Shown piece by piece: positions 17,347 through 24,613 of a DNA stretch of 38,347 nt. The notes under the pieces are model-generated. The model was given only the letters and a program-made list of their open reading frames with translations, was not told where the DNA came from and searched no databases. The first letter of the stretch is position 1. Every line of letters begins with the position of its first letter. A program made the translations under genes and the position numbers. This DNA is from a virus. The stretch lies in the IMG/VR virus record IMGVR_UViG_3300045988_153982, positions 1-38,347 of that record. One strand, 5' to 3'.

Positions 17347-17796
17347 ATGAATGGATGTATGAATTGTTATAGAAAATCAACACTAACTGCGACTGGTTTT
17401 AGTGCAACTATCCCAGCAAATGGAACATTAACTTTTGGTACTACTACTAAAATTACTGGCAATGCTATTGAAATGGGAGAAAATAACACTACTATTAATT
17501 TAAAAAGAGCAGGTCTTTATTTAATAAGTGTTAGTGCAACTGCTACTGGTAGTGCTGATAACGAGTTCGTTTCAATGCAATTAAATAGAAATAACATTGC
17601 TATTACAGATGGTTTTGCTTCATTTAAACCTGCAACTGCCGAAAATAATGCAGAAAGCATGAGTTTTACAACAATTGTTGAAGTAGACAATACAAATAGT
17701 ATAAATGGTAAACCATTTATTCCTATTAGCATAACAAACACAGGACAACAAGCAGACTATACTTTTAGCAGAATAACAGTTGTTAAAATTGCATAA
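17347..17796 (+). CDS. BclA C-terminal-domain-like (C1q/TNF-like jelly-roll) protein without a collagen-like region
   Basis: AAGGAG RBS. AGLYLISVSATATGS resembles BclA-CTD TGFYKITVIANTATAS. The C-terminus ...SRITVVKIA resembles BclA ...SIIIEKVA. Thr-rich beta-strand pattern throughout. Confidence 0.55.
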   Translation: MNGCMNCYRKSTLTATGFSATIPANGTLTFGTTTKITGNAIEMGENNTTINLKRAGLYLISVSATATGSADNEFVSMQLNRNNIAITDGFASFKPATAENNAESMSFTTIVEVDNTNSINGKPFIPISITNTGQQADYTFSRITVVKIA

Positions 17797-18029
17797 TGAA
17801 TAATCAACAAAGCGGTTTATTTAGTGATGAGTTCTTAGATATGATGTCTGTAATCGGCTTTGCAATTAGTATTTATAATTTAATGCTTAACGAACAACAA
17901 TTGTCAAATGATGATGTGGCTAGAGAAGTGCAAATAAATAGAGGCAAACTTGATGAACAAAATGATAAATATTTAGAAACCATCATTGGCCAAAATAATA
18001 AAATTATTAATTTATTAGAAAGGAGATAA
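17796..18029 (+). CDS. Hypothetical protein (77 aa)
   Basis: ATGA-coupled to the upstream gene. Confidence 0.35.
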   Translation: MNNQQSGLFSDEFLDMMSVIGFAISIYNLMLNEQQLSNDDVAREVQINRGKLDEQNDKYLETIIGQNNKIINLLERR

Positions 18030-18030
18030 A

Positions 18031-18477
18031 ATGAAAATTAGAGATTATATTAATAAAATAATTATAAGTGGGAAACAAGATAATATAGAAGAGTTGTCCG
18101 ATATGCTTGATGACCTTGTTTGTGATTTAAAAGAACAAAAGCCTAAACTTTATAAAAAATATAAAGATGAGTTATATGAAATGGCAAACGGTAAAGTTTT
18201 AACGGAAGAAATGGCTTATAATTGGGTAGAAAATATGAAACCAAAAGGAGAACACTGGACTGTCGAAGAAACCACAAATGCTATGAAAGAAATGGGCTAC
18301 AATTTTAATGATATTGATTTTTATGTTGTCGCTAATATGATGTATAATGATTATTATGATTTAGTAAAAGATAATGAAGAATTGGCTTTAAAAATGGCTT
18401 ATATGTGGCTTAATGATGAAGATAGTGTAAAAGATAAATTATATGAATATTATAAACACATACCAAAAGAAGATTAA
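18031..18477 (+). CDS. Hypothetical acidic protein (148 aa)
   Basis: GGAGA RBS. Confidence 0.4.
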   Translation: MKIRDYINKIIISGKQDNIEELSDMLDDLVCDLKEQKPKLYKKYKDELYEMANGKVLTEEMAYNWVENMKPKGEHWTVEETTNAMKEMGYNFNDIDFYVVANMMYNDYYDLVKDNEELALKMAYMWLNDEDSVKDKLYEYYKHIPKED

Positions 18478-18491
18478 TTTCTTCTTTAAAT

Positions 18492-18568
18492 GTACCGTTG
18501 ACGAAGTGGTTTAACGACAATGTCTGCAAAACATTGATACACAGGTTCAAATCCTGTACGGTACTCCA
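18492..18568 (+). tRNA. tRNA-Cys (anticodon GCA at 18526..18528) with encoded 3' CCA
   Basis: Perfect 7-bp acceptor stem gtaccgt/acggtac. T-arm acagg-ttcaaat-cctgt. Anticodon stem caatgt/acattg with 7-nt loop cTGCAaa (U33 and A37 present). Discriminator t then cca. The D-arm pairing is weak. Confidence 0.65.
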
Positions 18569-18571
18569 TTA

Positions 18572-18600
18572 TTGAATTTTAATAGTATTTATGCTATAAT
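18572..18600 (+). promoter_or_regulatory. Promoter TTGAAT-N17-TGcTATAAT upstream of the HNH gene
   Basis: ttgaat at 18572..18577, tgctataat at 18592..18600. Confidence 0.45.
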
Positions 18601-18656
18601 TATAAATGGAGATAGCCCTAATCTATCTCCAAATCATTTATTAGGGAGATGATATT

Positions 18657-19157
18657 ATGATAAATTTAGGGAAATTTTCTGATTCAAACACAAGTAAAGA
18701 GGTTATATTGGAAAAATTAGAAAATGGTTGTGTAAAATGTATATCACATTGTACTGATAAAGATGGATATGTAAGAATAAGTTACAATGGAAAACATGAA
18801 AGACTTTTTAGAGTTCTTTATATGCAAAAATTTGGTAATATTCCTAAAGGAATGGTAATAAGGCACTTATGCAATAATTCTTGGTGTTGTAATATAGAAC
18901 ATTTAAAAATAGGCACTCATAAAGAAAATTATGAAGATATGGTAAAATGTGGAAGAAGTCAATTAGGAAAACCAAATTTATCTGCTCGTGGAGAAAAAAA
19001 CAATTTTCACAAATTAACTAACAAGGAAGTTGAAGAGATATATTTAAGTTCTTTAAGCCAAAAAAAATTATCCAAATTATATAAAGTAAGTAGAACAAAT
19101 ATTTCCCATATTAAAAATAAACAGCAATGGGAATGGTTGACTGATACGTTAGATTAA
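18657..19157 (+). CDS. HNH homing-type endonuclease (HNH_3 with C-terminal DNA-binding region)
   Basis: GGGAG RBS. Motif ...GYVRISYNGKHERLFRVLYMQKFG...IRHLCNNSWCCNIEHLKIGTHKEN. Confidence 0.8.
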   Translation: MINLGKFSDSNTSKEVILEKLENGCVKCISHCTDKDGYVRISYNGKHERLFRVLYMQKFGNIPKGMVIRHLCNNSWCCNIEHLKIGTHKENYEDMVKCGRSQLGKPNLSARGEKNNFHKLTNKEVEEIYLSSLSQKKLSKLYKVSRTNISHIKNKQQWEWLTDTLD

Positions 19158-19302
19158 TTAAATCTCACTACCCTGTCCAAATTTGACAATGATATTAAAA
19201 AATGATATATTATTTATAGCTAGTGTCACCCTAGCAAATTAAAAACCAATTTACCCCTTTCAAAATACAAATGTTTTTTTCATTTTATTATCTGGTTTTT
19301 AG

Positions 19303-19331
19303 ACAAATTTTAATAAATTTGTTTTTTTTTG
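19303..19331 (+). terminator. Rho-independent terminator closing the late/accessory transcription unit
   Basis: acaaattt-taat-aaatttgt hairpin followed by a T9 run. Confidence 0.6.
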
Positions 19332-19393
19332 CCTTAAAATAATAATATATAACAAAAATATAATAAAAATATAAAAAAAATATAAAAAAAGTA

Positions 19394-19422
19394 TTGACAT
19401 TATATTAAAAATGTGTTAATAT
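19394..19422 (+). promoter_or_regulatory. Early promoter TTGACA-N17-TAATAT
   Basis: ttgaca at 19394..19399, taatat at 19417..19422, in a 290-nt AT-rich intergenic region with short A-rich direct repeats. Confidence 0.65.
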
Positions 19423-19452
19423 ATATACATACAAACAGAAAGAAGGAAAAAA

Positions 19453-19629
19453 ATGAAAGAATTAAAAAGAATAATAGAAAGTGAAGAAGCAATGCAAATA
19501 TTAAATGAATTAGCAGAATTAAACAAATCAATAAATGCGAAATGCTATACTATCTATGAAGAACAAATTAAGCAAAAAGAATTAAAAGAAAAAATGAAAA
19601 TAATAAAAGAAATAATGAAAGGAAATTAA
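19453..19629 (+). CDS. Small helical early protein (58 aa)
   Basis: GAAGGAAAAAAATG RBS. Below the ORF-track cut-off. First gene after the early promoter. Confidence 0.4.
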   Translation: MKELKRIIESEEAMQILNELAELNKSINAKCYTIYEEQIKQKELKEKMKIIKEIMKGN

Positions 19630-19630
19630 T

Positions 19631-20008
19631 ATGAAAAAAGATTTTAACGATTTTAGATTTAAAGGACTTGAATATAGAAAAGCAAGCAATAAATATTACA
19701 CAATGAATAGAATAAATGAAGAAGAAAATAAAATAGTTATTAAAGTTGACGATGTTCATTTATTACCAACGAGATTTGGATATGCTTTTATTCTAGATAG
19801 AACACATGTAGTATTTTTAAAAGAATGGCAAGTAAATAGAAATTTTTATGGTAATGAAGTATTACTTGATAAAAATTATTTTCAAGCTAAAGAGTGGGGA
19901 GAACATGAAAATTTTCCAGAATATGATTGCGAATTAAGTTTTGAATATTATAAAAATATAGCACAAGAACAACAAAAATCTGAAAATGTTGTTAGATGGC
20001 TTAGATAA
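19631..20008 (+). CDS. Hypothetical early protein (125 aa)
   Basis: ORF with AAAGGAAAT RBS. Confidence 0.45.
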   Translation: MKKDFNDFRFKGLEYRKASNKYYTMNRINEEENKIVIKVDDVHLLPTRFGYAFILDRTHVVFLKEWQVNRNFYGNEVLLDKNYFQAKEWGEHENFPEYDCELSFEYYKNIAQEQQKSENVVRWLR

Positions 20009-20024
20009 GAAAAGGAGAAAAAAT

Positions 20025-20273
20025 ATGAAATACTTTAGTAAAAATTTTAGTAAAGAAGAATTTAGGGAATTATTTGATTTAAATAATTTAGATGGATTAT
20101 ATTATATAGTGGAAAATATTACTTTAGATAATTATTTATTAGATTTATTAATTGCATGTATTAGATTAAATATGGCATTAGAAACGTGTGAAAATTCAAG
20201 TAAAGGTATTATTGAACAACTTTATGAAAAAACAAAAATTTTGCTGTTACTTGAGTTAGATTTAATAGATTAA
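20025..20273 (+). CDS. Hypothetical early protein (start trimmed to ATG after AAGGAGAAAAAAT)
   Basis: ORF-track 19986..20273. The SD-ATG is at 20025. Confidence 0.4.
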   Translation: MKYFSKNFSKEEFRELFDLNNLDGLYYIVENITLDNYLLDLLIACIRLNMALETCENSSKGIIEQLYEKTKILLLLELDLID

Positions 20274-20288
20274 AAGGAGGTGATTAAA

Positions 20289-20480
20289 ATGAAATTAAGA
20301 AAATGGGTTAAGGTTGTTTTGACAATGTTGTTACTAACATTAAGTTTAATCATTTACATGAAACTTGATTATTGGGGTTTTTTAGCCCGTTCTAGCAACT
20401 TTTATGTACTAGTTAGTATAATTGGTTGGTTTTGGTTAATTGTTGGGCAAATGGTTATTTATGCAAGAATTTGGAGGTAG
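20289..20480 (+). CDS. Small membrane protein (two TM)
   Basis: AAGGAGGTG RBS. Two hydrophobic helices. Confidence 0.4.
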   Translation: MKLRKWVKVVLTMLLLTLSLIIYMKLDYWGFLARSSNFYVLVSIIGWFWLIVGQMVIYARIWR

Positions 20481-20481
20481 T

Positions 20482-20694
20482 ATGAAAATATTTGATGTTG
20501 TTAAATTAAATAAAAAAGTAAACACTTTGGAAAATCAAGTTGAAACTTTAGAAAATTCAATTAAAGATGAATTATACAAAGAATTTATGAAAAAATTAGG
20601 CGAAACAACCGAAAATGATAGGTTAAAAAAAGAAAATAAAAAACTTAGAGCTAAAATAAAAGATTTAAAAGAAATAATAAAAGGAGAGGATTAA
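20482..20694 (+). CDS. Small coiled-coil protein
   Basis: GGAGGTAGT RBS. Heptad-like sequence. Confidence 0.4.
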   Translation: MKIFDVVKLNKKVNTLENQVETLENSIKDELYKEFMKKLGETTENDRLKKENKKLRAKIKDLKEIIKGED

Positions 20695-20695
20695 A

Positions 20696-20935
20696 ATGTA
20701 TTTAGAAATTAATGAAAAACTTATTGAAAAAGTAAAAAAAATTACAGGATTTGATTATAAATCAAAAGCAGAGCTAGTTACTTATGATGATATTGTTTCT
20801 ATGATTGAAGATTTAACTTGTGAATATGAAGTTTTACAAGAAAAATATGAAGACTTAGAAAGAGACTTAGAAGACAATTATATTCATAGACCAATGAGTG
20901 ACTACACTGGCGATGCTGATGATGATAGATTTTAG
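20696..20935 (+). CDS. Hypothetical acidic protein (79 aa)
   Basis: GGAGAGGA RBS. Confidence 0.4.
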   Translation: MYLEINEKLIEKVKKITGFDYKSKAELVTYDDIVSMIEDLTCEYEVLQEKYEDLERDLEDNYIHRPMSDYTGDADDDRF

Positions 20936-20952
20936 AAAAGGTTTGAAATATT

Positions 20953-21183
20953 ATGGACAAATGGGATTTTAAAGACTATGTGCCAACAAAAAAAGAAAAG
21001 AAAATTGATAGAGAAGAATTTTTAGCACAATTTGTTCAATGCCCAGAATGTGGGTACAGAAATAAAAAAGTTTTTTTAGAAAGAATAGGGGCTTGCAAAT
21101 GTTGTGGAAAGATTTTAGACCCAAAAGCACATATGAAATATGTTATAAACAAAAAGAAAAAAAATTATAATAAAAAGTATTAA
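20953..21183 (+). CDS. Zn-ribbon protein (CPECG...CKCCG)
   Basis: Two CxxC pairs form a zinc-ribbon signature. Confidence 0.45.
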   Translation: MDKWDFKDYVPTKKEKKIDREEFLAQFVQCPECGYRNKKVFLERIGACKCCGKILDPKAHMKYVINKKKKNYNKKY

Positions 21184-21190
21184 AATAATA

Positions 21191-21219
21191 TTGAAATAAT
21201 ACATAAAAAGTAGTATAAT
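21191..21219 (+). promoter_or_regulatory. Promoter TTGAAA-N17-TATAAT
   Basis: ttgaaa at 21191..21196, 17-nt spacer, tataat at 21214..21219. Confidence 0.6.
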
Positions 21220-21242
21220 TATATATAAGAAAAGGAGGTAAA

Positions 21243-21365
21243 ATGATATTGATACATGTTAAAATTGATGAAAGCTTAAAAAAACAACTTGAAGAAGAAG
21301 CAAAAGCCAAAGGGCTTTCATTAAACGCTTACATTAGAATGCTTTTAATTGAAAGGAAAAAGTAA
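21243..21365 (+). CDS. Ribbon-helix-helix (CopG/Arc-like) small DNA-binding protein, 40 aa
   Basis: AAGGAGG RBS. MILIHVKIDESLKKQLEEEAKAKGLSLNAYIRMLLIERKK has beta-strand / helix / helix RHH architecture. Below the ORF-track cut-off. Confidence 0.5.
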   Translation: MILIHVKIDESLKKQLEEEAKAKGLSLNAYIRMLLIERKK

Positions 21366-21366
21366 A

Positions 21367-22794
21367 ATGACTTTAGAAGAAGTTAAGCAAGAATTAAGAG
21401 TATTTGATAAGTTTAAATTTTTTGAAGATGACCATCATTATGAATGTAATAGTAAAAGAGTTGGAATTAGTGTTACGAGATTAATTGAAGAATATAGTAA
21501 TCCATTTGACCAACAAGCAATTGCTGAAAAAGTGGCAATAAGAGATAATAAAAGTGTTAGTGAAGTTCTTGAAGAATGGGAATATAAAAACAAATTTGCT
21601 TGTGTGAAAGGTAGTACTTGCCACGAATATGCACAAAGTATCTGGAGTGGCGAAGAATATAATGAATTATTATTTGATGGCAGTATTGAATATTTAACTG
21701 CAGTAAATAAAATTCAAAGTCAAGCAATGAATTTTTGGAAAGATTTTAAAGATAAATTCATTCATATTCAAGATGAACAACTTGTTGGCAGCGAAGAATA
21801 TGATATTTGTTCGGCAGTAGACCATTTATTCCTTGATAAAGAAGGTAATGTTTGGTTAATAGACTACAAAACAAATAGTATTCTTAAAGGTTACAATGAT
21901 GATGAAAAAAATCGAAGATATACTAAAAAAATGCTTATTCCATTGCAAAATTTAAAAGATGATGCACTTCATCACTATTATTTACAATTAAGTATTTATA
22001 AATATTTAATTGAAAAATATACGAATATAAAAATTTATAAAACAATGATTGTCTATATGAGTGAAAATATTAAAAAATATGAACTTATTGAAACAACATA
22101 TTTAATGAAAGAAGTAGAATTAATATTAGAAAATAGGAGGGAAAGAAAAATGGGAAAATGTATTCCAATATTAATTATCGGGCATTCTGGGAGTGGTAAG
22201 AGTGCTAGCTTGAGAAATTTAAGCAAAGATGATTATTCTTTAGTAAATCCACTTGCAAAAAGATTACCTTTTAAAGGAGGACAAGCAGGGCTTGAAAGTT
22301 GTGATTATGAATTAATCAAAAAATTTATTCAAGAAACGCCAAAAAATATTATAGTAATAGATGATAGTAATTATTTGCTTACTATTGAAATGATGAAAAA
22401 AGCAAAAGAAACAGGTTATGGCAAGTTTACAGATATTGCTTTAAATTATTGGAAATTAATTGAATTTATTAAAAATCTTGATGGAGATAAAAGAGTTTAT
22501 TTAATGAGCCATGAAGAAATTGATGAATTTGGAAATGTTGGGGTTAAGACAGTTGGCAAAATGTTATCAAATCAATGTTGCGTTGAAGGACTTTACACAA
22601 TAGTCTTAAGAGCTATTAATGAAAATGGCAAGTTCCAATTTAGAACTAAAACGGCAGGCAATGATATTGTAAAATCACCTATGGGAATGTTTGAAGATGA
22701 ATTGATTGATAATGATTTAAAATTAGTAGATGATACTATTTGTGAATATTATGAAATAAAAAAAGAAAAAAAGAAAGGTGAAGAAAATAAATAA
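21367..22794 (+). CDS. Fusion protein: N-terminal RecB-family PD-(D/E)xK nuclease plus C-terminal P-loop ATPase (AAA_24/Sak4-like RecA-fold)
   Basis: Nuclease motifs: VDHLF (D), LIDYKT (D/ExK), QLSIY (QxxxY). ATPase motifs: GHSGSGKS Walker A, IIVIDDSNY Walker B. An in-frame AGGAGG-N9-ATG at 22135..22152 allows separate initiation of the ATPase part. Confidence 0.65.
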   Translation: MTLEEVKQELRVFDKFKFFEDDHHYECNSKRVGISVTRLIEEYSNPFDQQAIAEKVAIRDNKSVSEVLEEWEYKNKFACVKGSTCHEYAQSIWSGEEYNELLFDGSIEYLTAVNKIQSQAMNFWKDFKDKFIHIQDEQLVGSEEYDICSAVDHLFLDKEGNVWLIDYKTNSILKGYNDDEKNRRYTKKMLIPLQNLKDDALHHYYLQLSIYKYLIEKYTNIKIYKTMIVYMSENIKKYELIETTYLMKEVELILENRRERKMGKCIPILIIGHSGSGKSASLRNLSKDDYSLVNPLAKRLPFKGGQAGLESCDYELIKKFIQETPKNIIVIDDSNYLLTIEMMKKAKETGYGKFTDIALNYWKLIEFIKNLDGDKRVYLMSHEEIDEFGNVGVKTVGKMLSNQCCVEGLYTIVLRAINENGKFQFRTKTAGNDIVKSPMGMFEDELIDNDLKLVDDTICEYYEIKKEKKKGEENK

Positions 22795-22997
22795 TGATAA
22801 GATTAAAAACAAAATTTGATGTAAGAAAAGATGAAACACCCGTAAAATTAATGGCAATAAATTCTTGCGCATATGAACATATAGTCGCAATTGCGTATTT
22901 AGTTAAAAGTATAAAAGATAATGATGAAACAATAACTAAAAAAGAATTAATAAAAAATGTAGAAGATTTAATGAAAATAATAGAAGGAGAAAAATAA
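22794..22997 (+). CDS. Hypothetical protein (67 aa)
   Basis: ATGA-coupled. Confidence 0.35.
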   Translation: MIRLKTKFDVRKDETPVKLMAINSCAYEHIVAIAYLVKSIKDNDETITKKELIKNVEDLMKIIEGEK

Positions 22998-22998
22998 T

Positions 22999-23604
22999 AT
23001 GATAAAAAAACCAAGTAATTATGATAAAGTAGAAGTAATGGAGTTTGATTTTACACCTATTGAACTAGGTGGCCACAAATTAGTGATAAAAAAGGCGGAA
23101 GAATATACAAGTGAGCAAAGTGGAAAATTAAGTTTAAAAGTTTACGTAGATACAGCTTCAGATGATAAACAACCAGAATATTTTGCAGAACAATATAGAA
23201 ATGATACAAGACCTGACAGAAGATGGAGCAATTCAGCTATAAAATATATTTCTTTAGGAGAAGAAGAAAATCAAGTTAGAATGCTTAAAGGGTTTATAAC
23301 CGCATATGAAAATTCAAATAATTGTGAGTTTGATTGGTCAAAAGACTGGGCGCAACTTACAAATAAAAAAATCGGTGGAGTATTTGGTATGGAAGAATAT
23401 GAAGATGCTGAAGGCAAATTAAGAACTAATAATAAATTAAGAGATTTTAGAAGTTTAGATAAAGTAGATAATATTAAAATTCCTAAAGTAAAATTATTGG
23501 ATGGAAGTTATGTTGAATATGATGAATATGTAAAAAATAACGCAAATACAAGTCAAGAAAAAAACGATGAAATAGTGATTGATGCACTTGAATTGCCATT
23601 CTAA
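22999..23604 (+). CDS. DUF669-family protein (SSB-like partner of Sak4-type recombinases)
   Basis: N-terminal EFDFTPIELGGHKLVIKKAEEYTSEQSGKLSLKVYV resembles the DUF669 signature. GGAGAA RBS. Confidence 0.5.
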   Translation: MIKKPSNYDKVEVMEFDFTPIELGGHKLVIKKAEEYTSEQSGKLSLKVYVDTASDDKQPEYFAEQYRNDTRPDRRWSNSAIKYISLGEEENQVRMLKGFITAYENSNNCEFDWSKDWAQLTNKKIGGVFGMEEYEDAEGKLRTNNKLRDFRSLDKVDNIKIPKVKLLDGSYVEYDEYVKNNANTSQEKNDEIVIDALELPF

Positions 23605-23616
23605 TTTTACAAAATA

Positions 23617-23646
23617 AAGAAGATGTAAAATTCTTCTTTTTTTATA
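23617..23646 (+). terminator. Rho-independent terminator
   Basis: agaaga-tgtaaaat-tcttct hairpin followed by a T7 run. Confidence 0.6.
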
Positions 23647-23654
23647 TATTTATA

Positions 23655-23684
23655 TTGACAAAATATTAATGATTATGTTAAAAT
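23655..23684 (+). promoter_or_regulatory. Promoter TTGACA-N18-TGtTAAAAT (weak -10)
   Basis: ttgaca at 23655..23660. Extended -10-like tgttaaaat. Confidence 0.4.
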
Positions 23685-23710
23685 TAAATTACAATGAAAG
23701 GAGGTAAAAA

Positions 23711-23908
23711 GTGTACATAGCAATTACAGAAAAATTTACAACAATAAAACAAATAGCAATAGCGAGAATTGTTGGCATTACTGAACAGACAATGTGCCGA
23801 ATAGTAAACAAAAAGCAAGGTTGTTCTAAAAGAACTGCTTATTGTATAGTCAAAGCGATACATCCAGAGGCTGAAATTGAAGAATATTTTATAAGAAAGG
23901 AGAAATAA
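23711..23908 (+). CDS. Small HTH DNA-binding protein (GTG start)
   Basis: AGGAGG RBS 6 nt before GTG. IKQIAIARIVGITEQTMCRIVNKK is an HTH. Confidence 0.5.
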   Translation: MYIAITEKFTTIKQIAIARIVGITEQTMCRIVNKKQGCSKRTAYCIVKAIHPEAEIEEYFIRKEK

Positions 23909-23911
23909 AAT

Positions 23912-24613
23912 ATGGCGATTTATAGAAATGTATCATTATCTTTTTGGGAAGATATAAAAATTGTTGATGATTTTACTCCTGAAGATAAATATTTTTATTT
24001 ATATTTATTGACTAATCCACATACTAATTTATTAGGTTGTTATCAAATATCTTTTAAGCAAATGACTAATGAAACTGGTTATAACAAAGATACAATTGAA
24101 AAATTAATTGATAGAATGGTGTCAAAACACAAAGTTATTGAATTTGATTTTGAAACAAATGAAGTTTTTATTAAAAAGTGGTACAAATATAATTGGACAA
24201 GAAGTGATAAATTACTAAAAAATGTTGAAAAATTAATTCAATATATAAAAAGTGATATTTTTAAAGAAAATATGTTAAAATTGGTAGAAAAATATAGGGT
24301 ATCAATAGGGTATCTATACCCTATGGATACATCTGTATCTGTATCTGATTTAAATAATATTAATATTAATAATAATAATAATAAAGAATTAATATATAAA
24401 TTATTTAAAGAATATATTAAATTAAGAGAAGAAAATAAATATAATATATCTGAAAGCATAGTAAATAGATTAACAAAAAAATTAAATGAATATGGCAAAA
24501 CTGATGAAGATAAAATTGAAATAATTAGTCAAGCCATAAATGGCAAATGGAAAGATTTTTATGAATTAAAAAAAGAAGAAAAAAAAGAAGGAGTAATTTA
24601 TGAGACAATATGA
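23912..24613 (+). CDS. Phage replisome organizer (DnaD-like N-terminal domain) with internal origin repeats
   Basis: N-terminal SLSFWEDIKIVDDFTPEDKYFYLYLLTNPHTNLLGCYQIS matches the replisome-organizer N-domain pattern. Iterons and the AT-rich tract lie inside the CDS. Followed by the DnaB-like helicase. Confidence 0.7.
   Translation: MAIYRNVSLSFWEDIKIVDDFTPEDKYFYLYLLTNPHTNLLGCYQISFKQMTNETGYNKDTIEKLIDRMVSKHKVIEFDFETNEVFIKKWYKYNWTRSDKLLKNVEKLIQYIKSDIFKENMLKLVEKYRVSIGYLYPMDTSVSVSDLNNININNNNNKELIYKLFKEYIKLREENKYNISESIVNRLTKKLNEYGKTDEDKIEIISQAINGKWKDFYELKKEEKKEGVIYETI
24294..24347. repeat. Iteron cluster inside the replisome-organizer gene (GGGTATC x2, TATACCC, GGATAC, tctgta x3), putative primary origin
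   Basis: Direct and inverted 7-8-nt cores. Followed by the (AAT)n / AT-rich tract 24350..24420 encoding poly-Asn/Ile. Shares 12- and 18-nt blocks with 2670..2726. Confidence 0.6.

Noticed and set aside
24350-24420. (AAT)n microsatellite as a separate noncoding repeat
   Set aside because: It is in-frame coding sequence (poly-Asn/Ile linker) of the replisome organizer and is better explained as the DUE of the intragenic origin.
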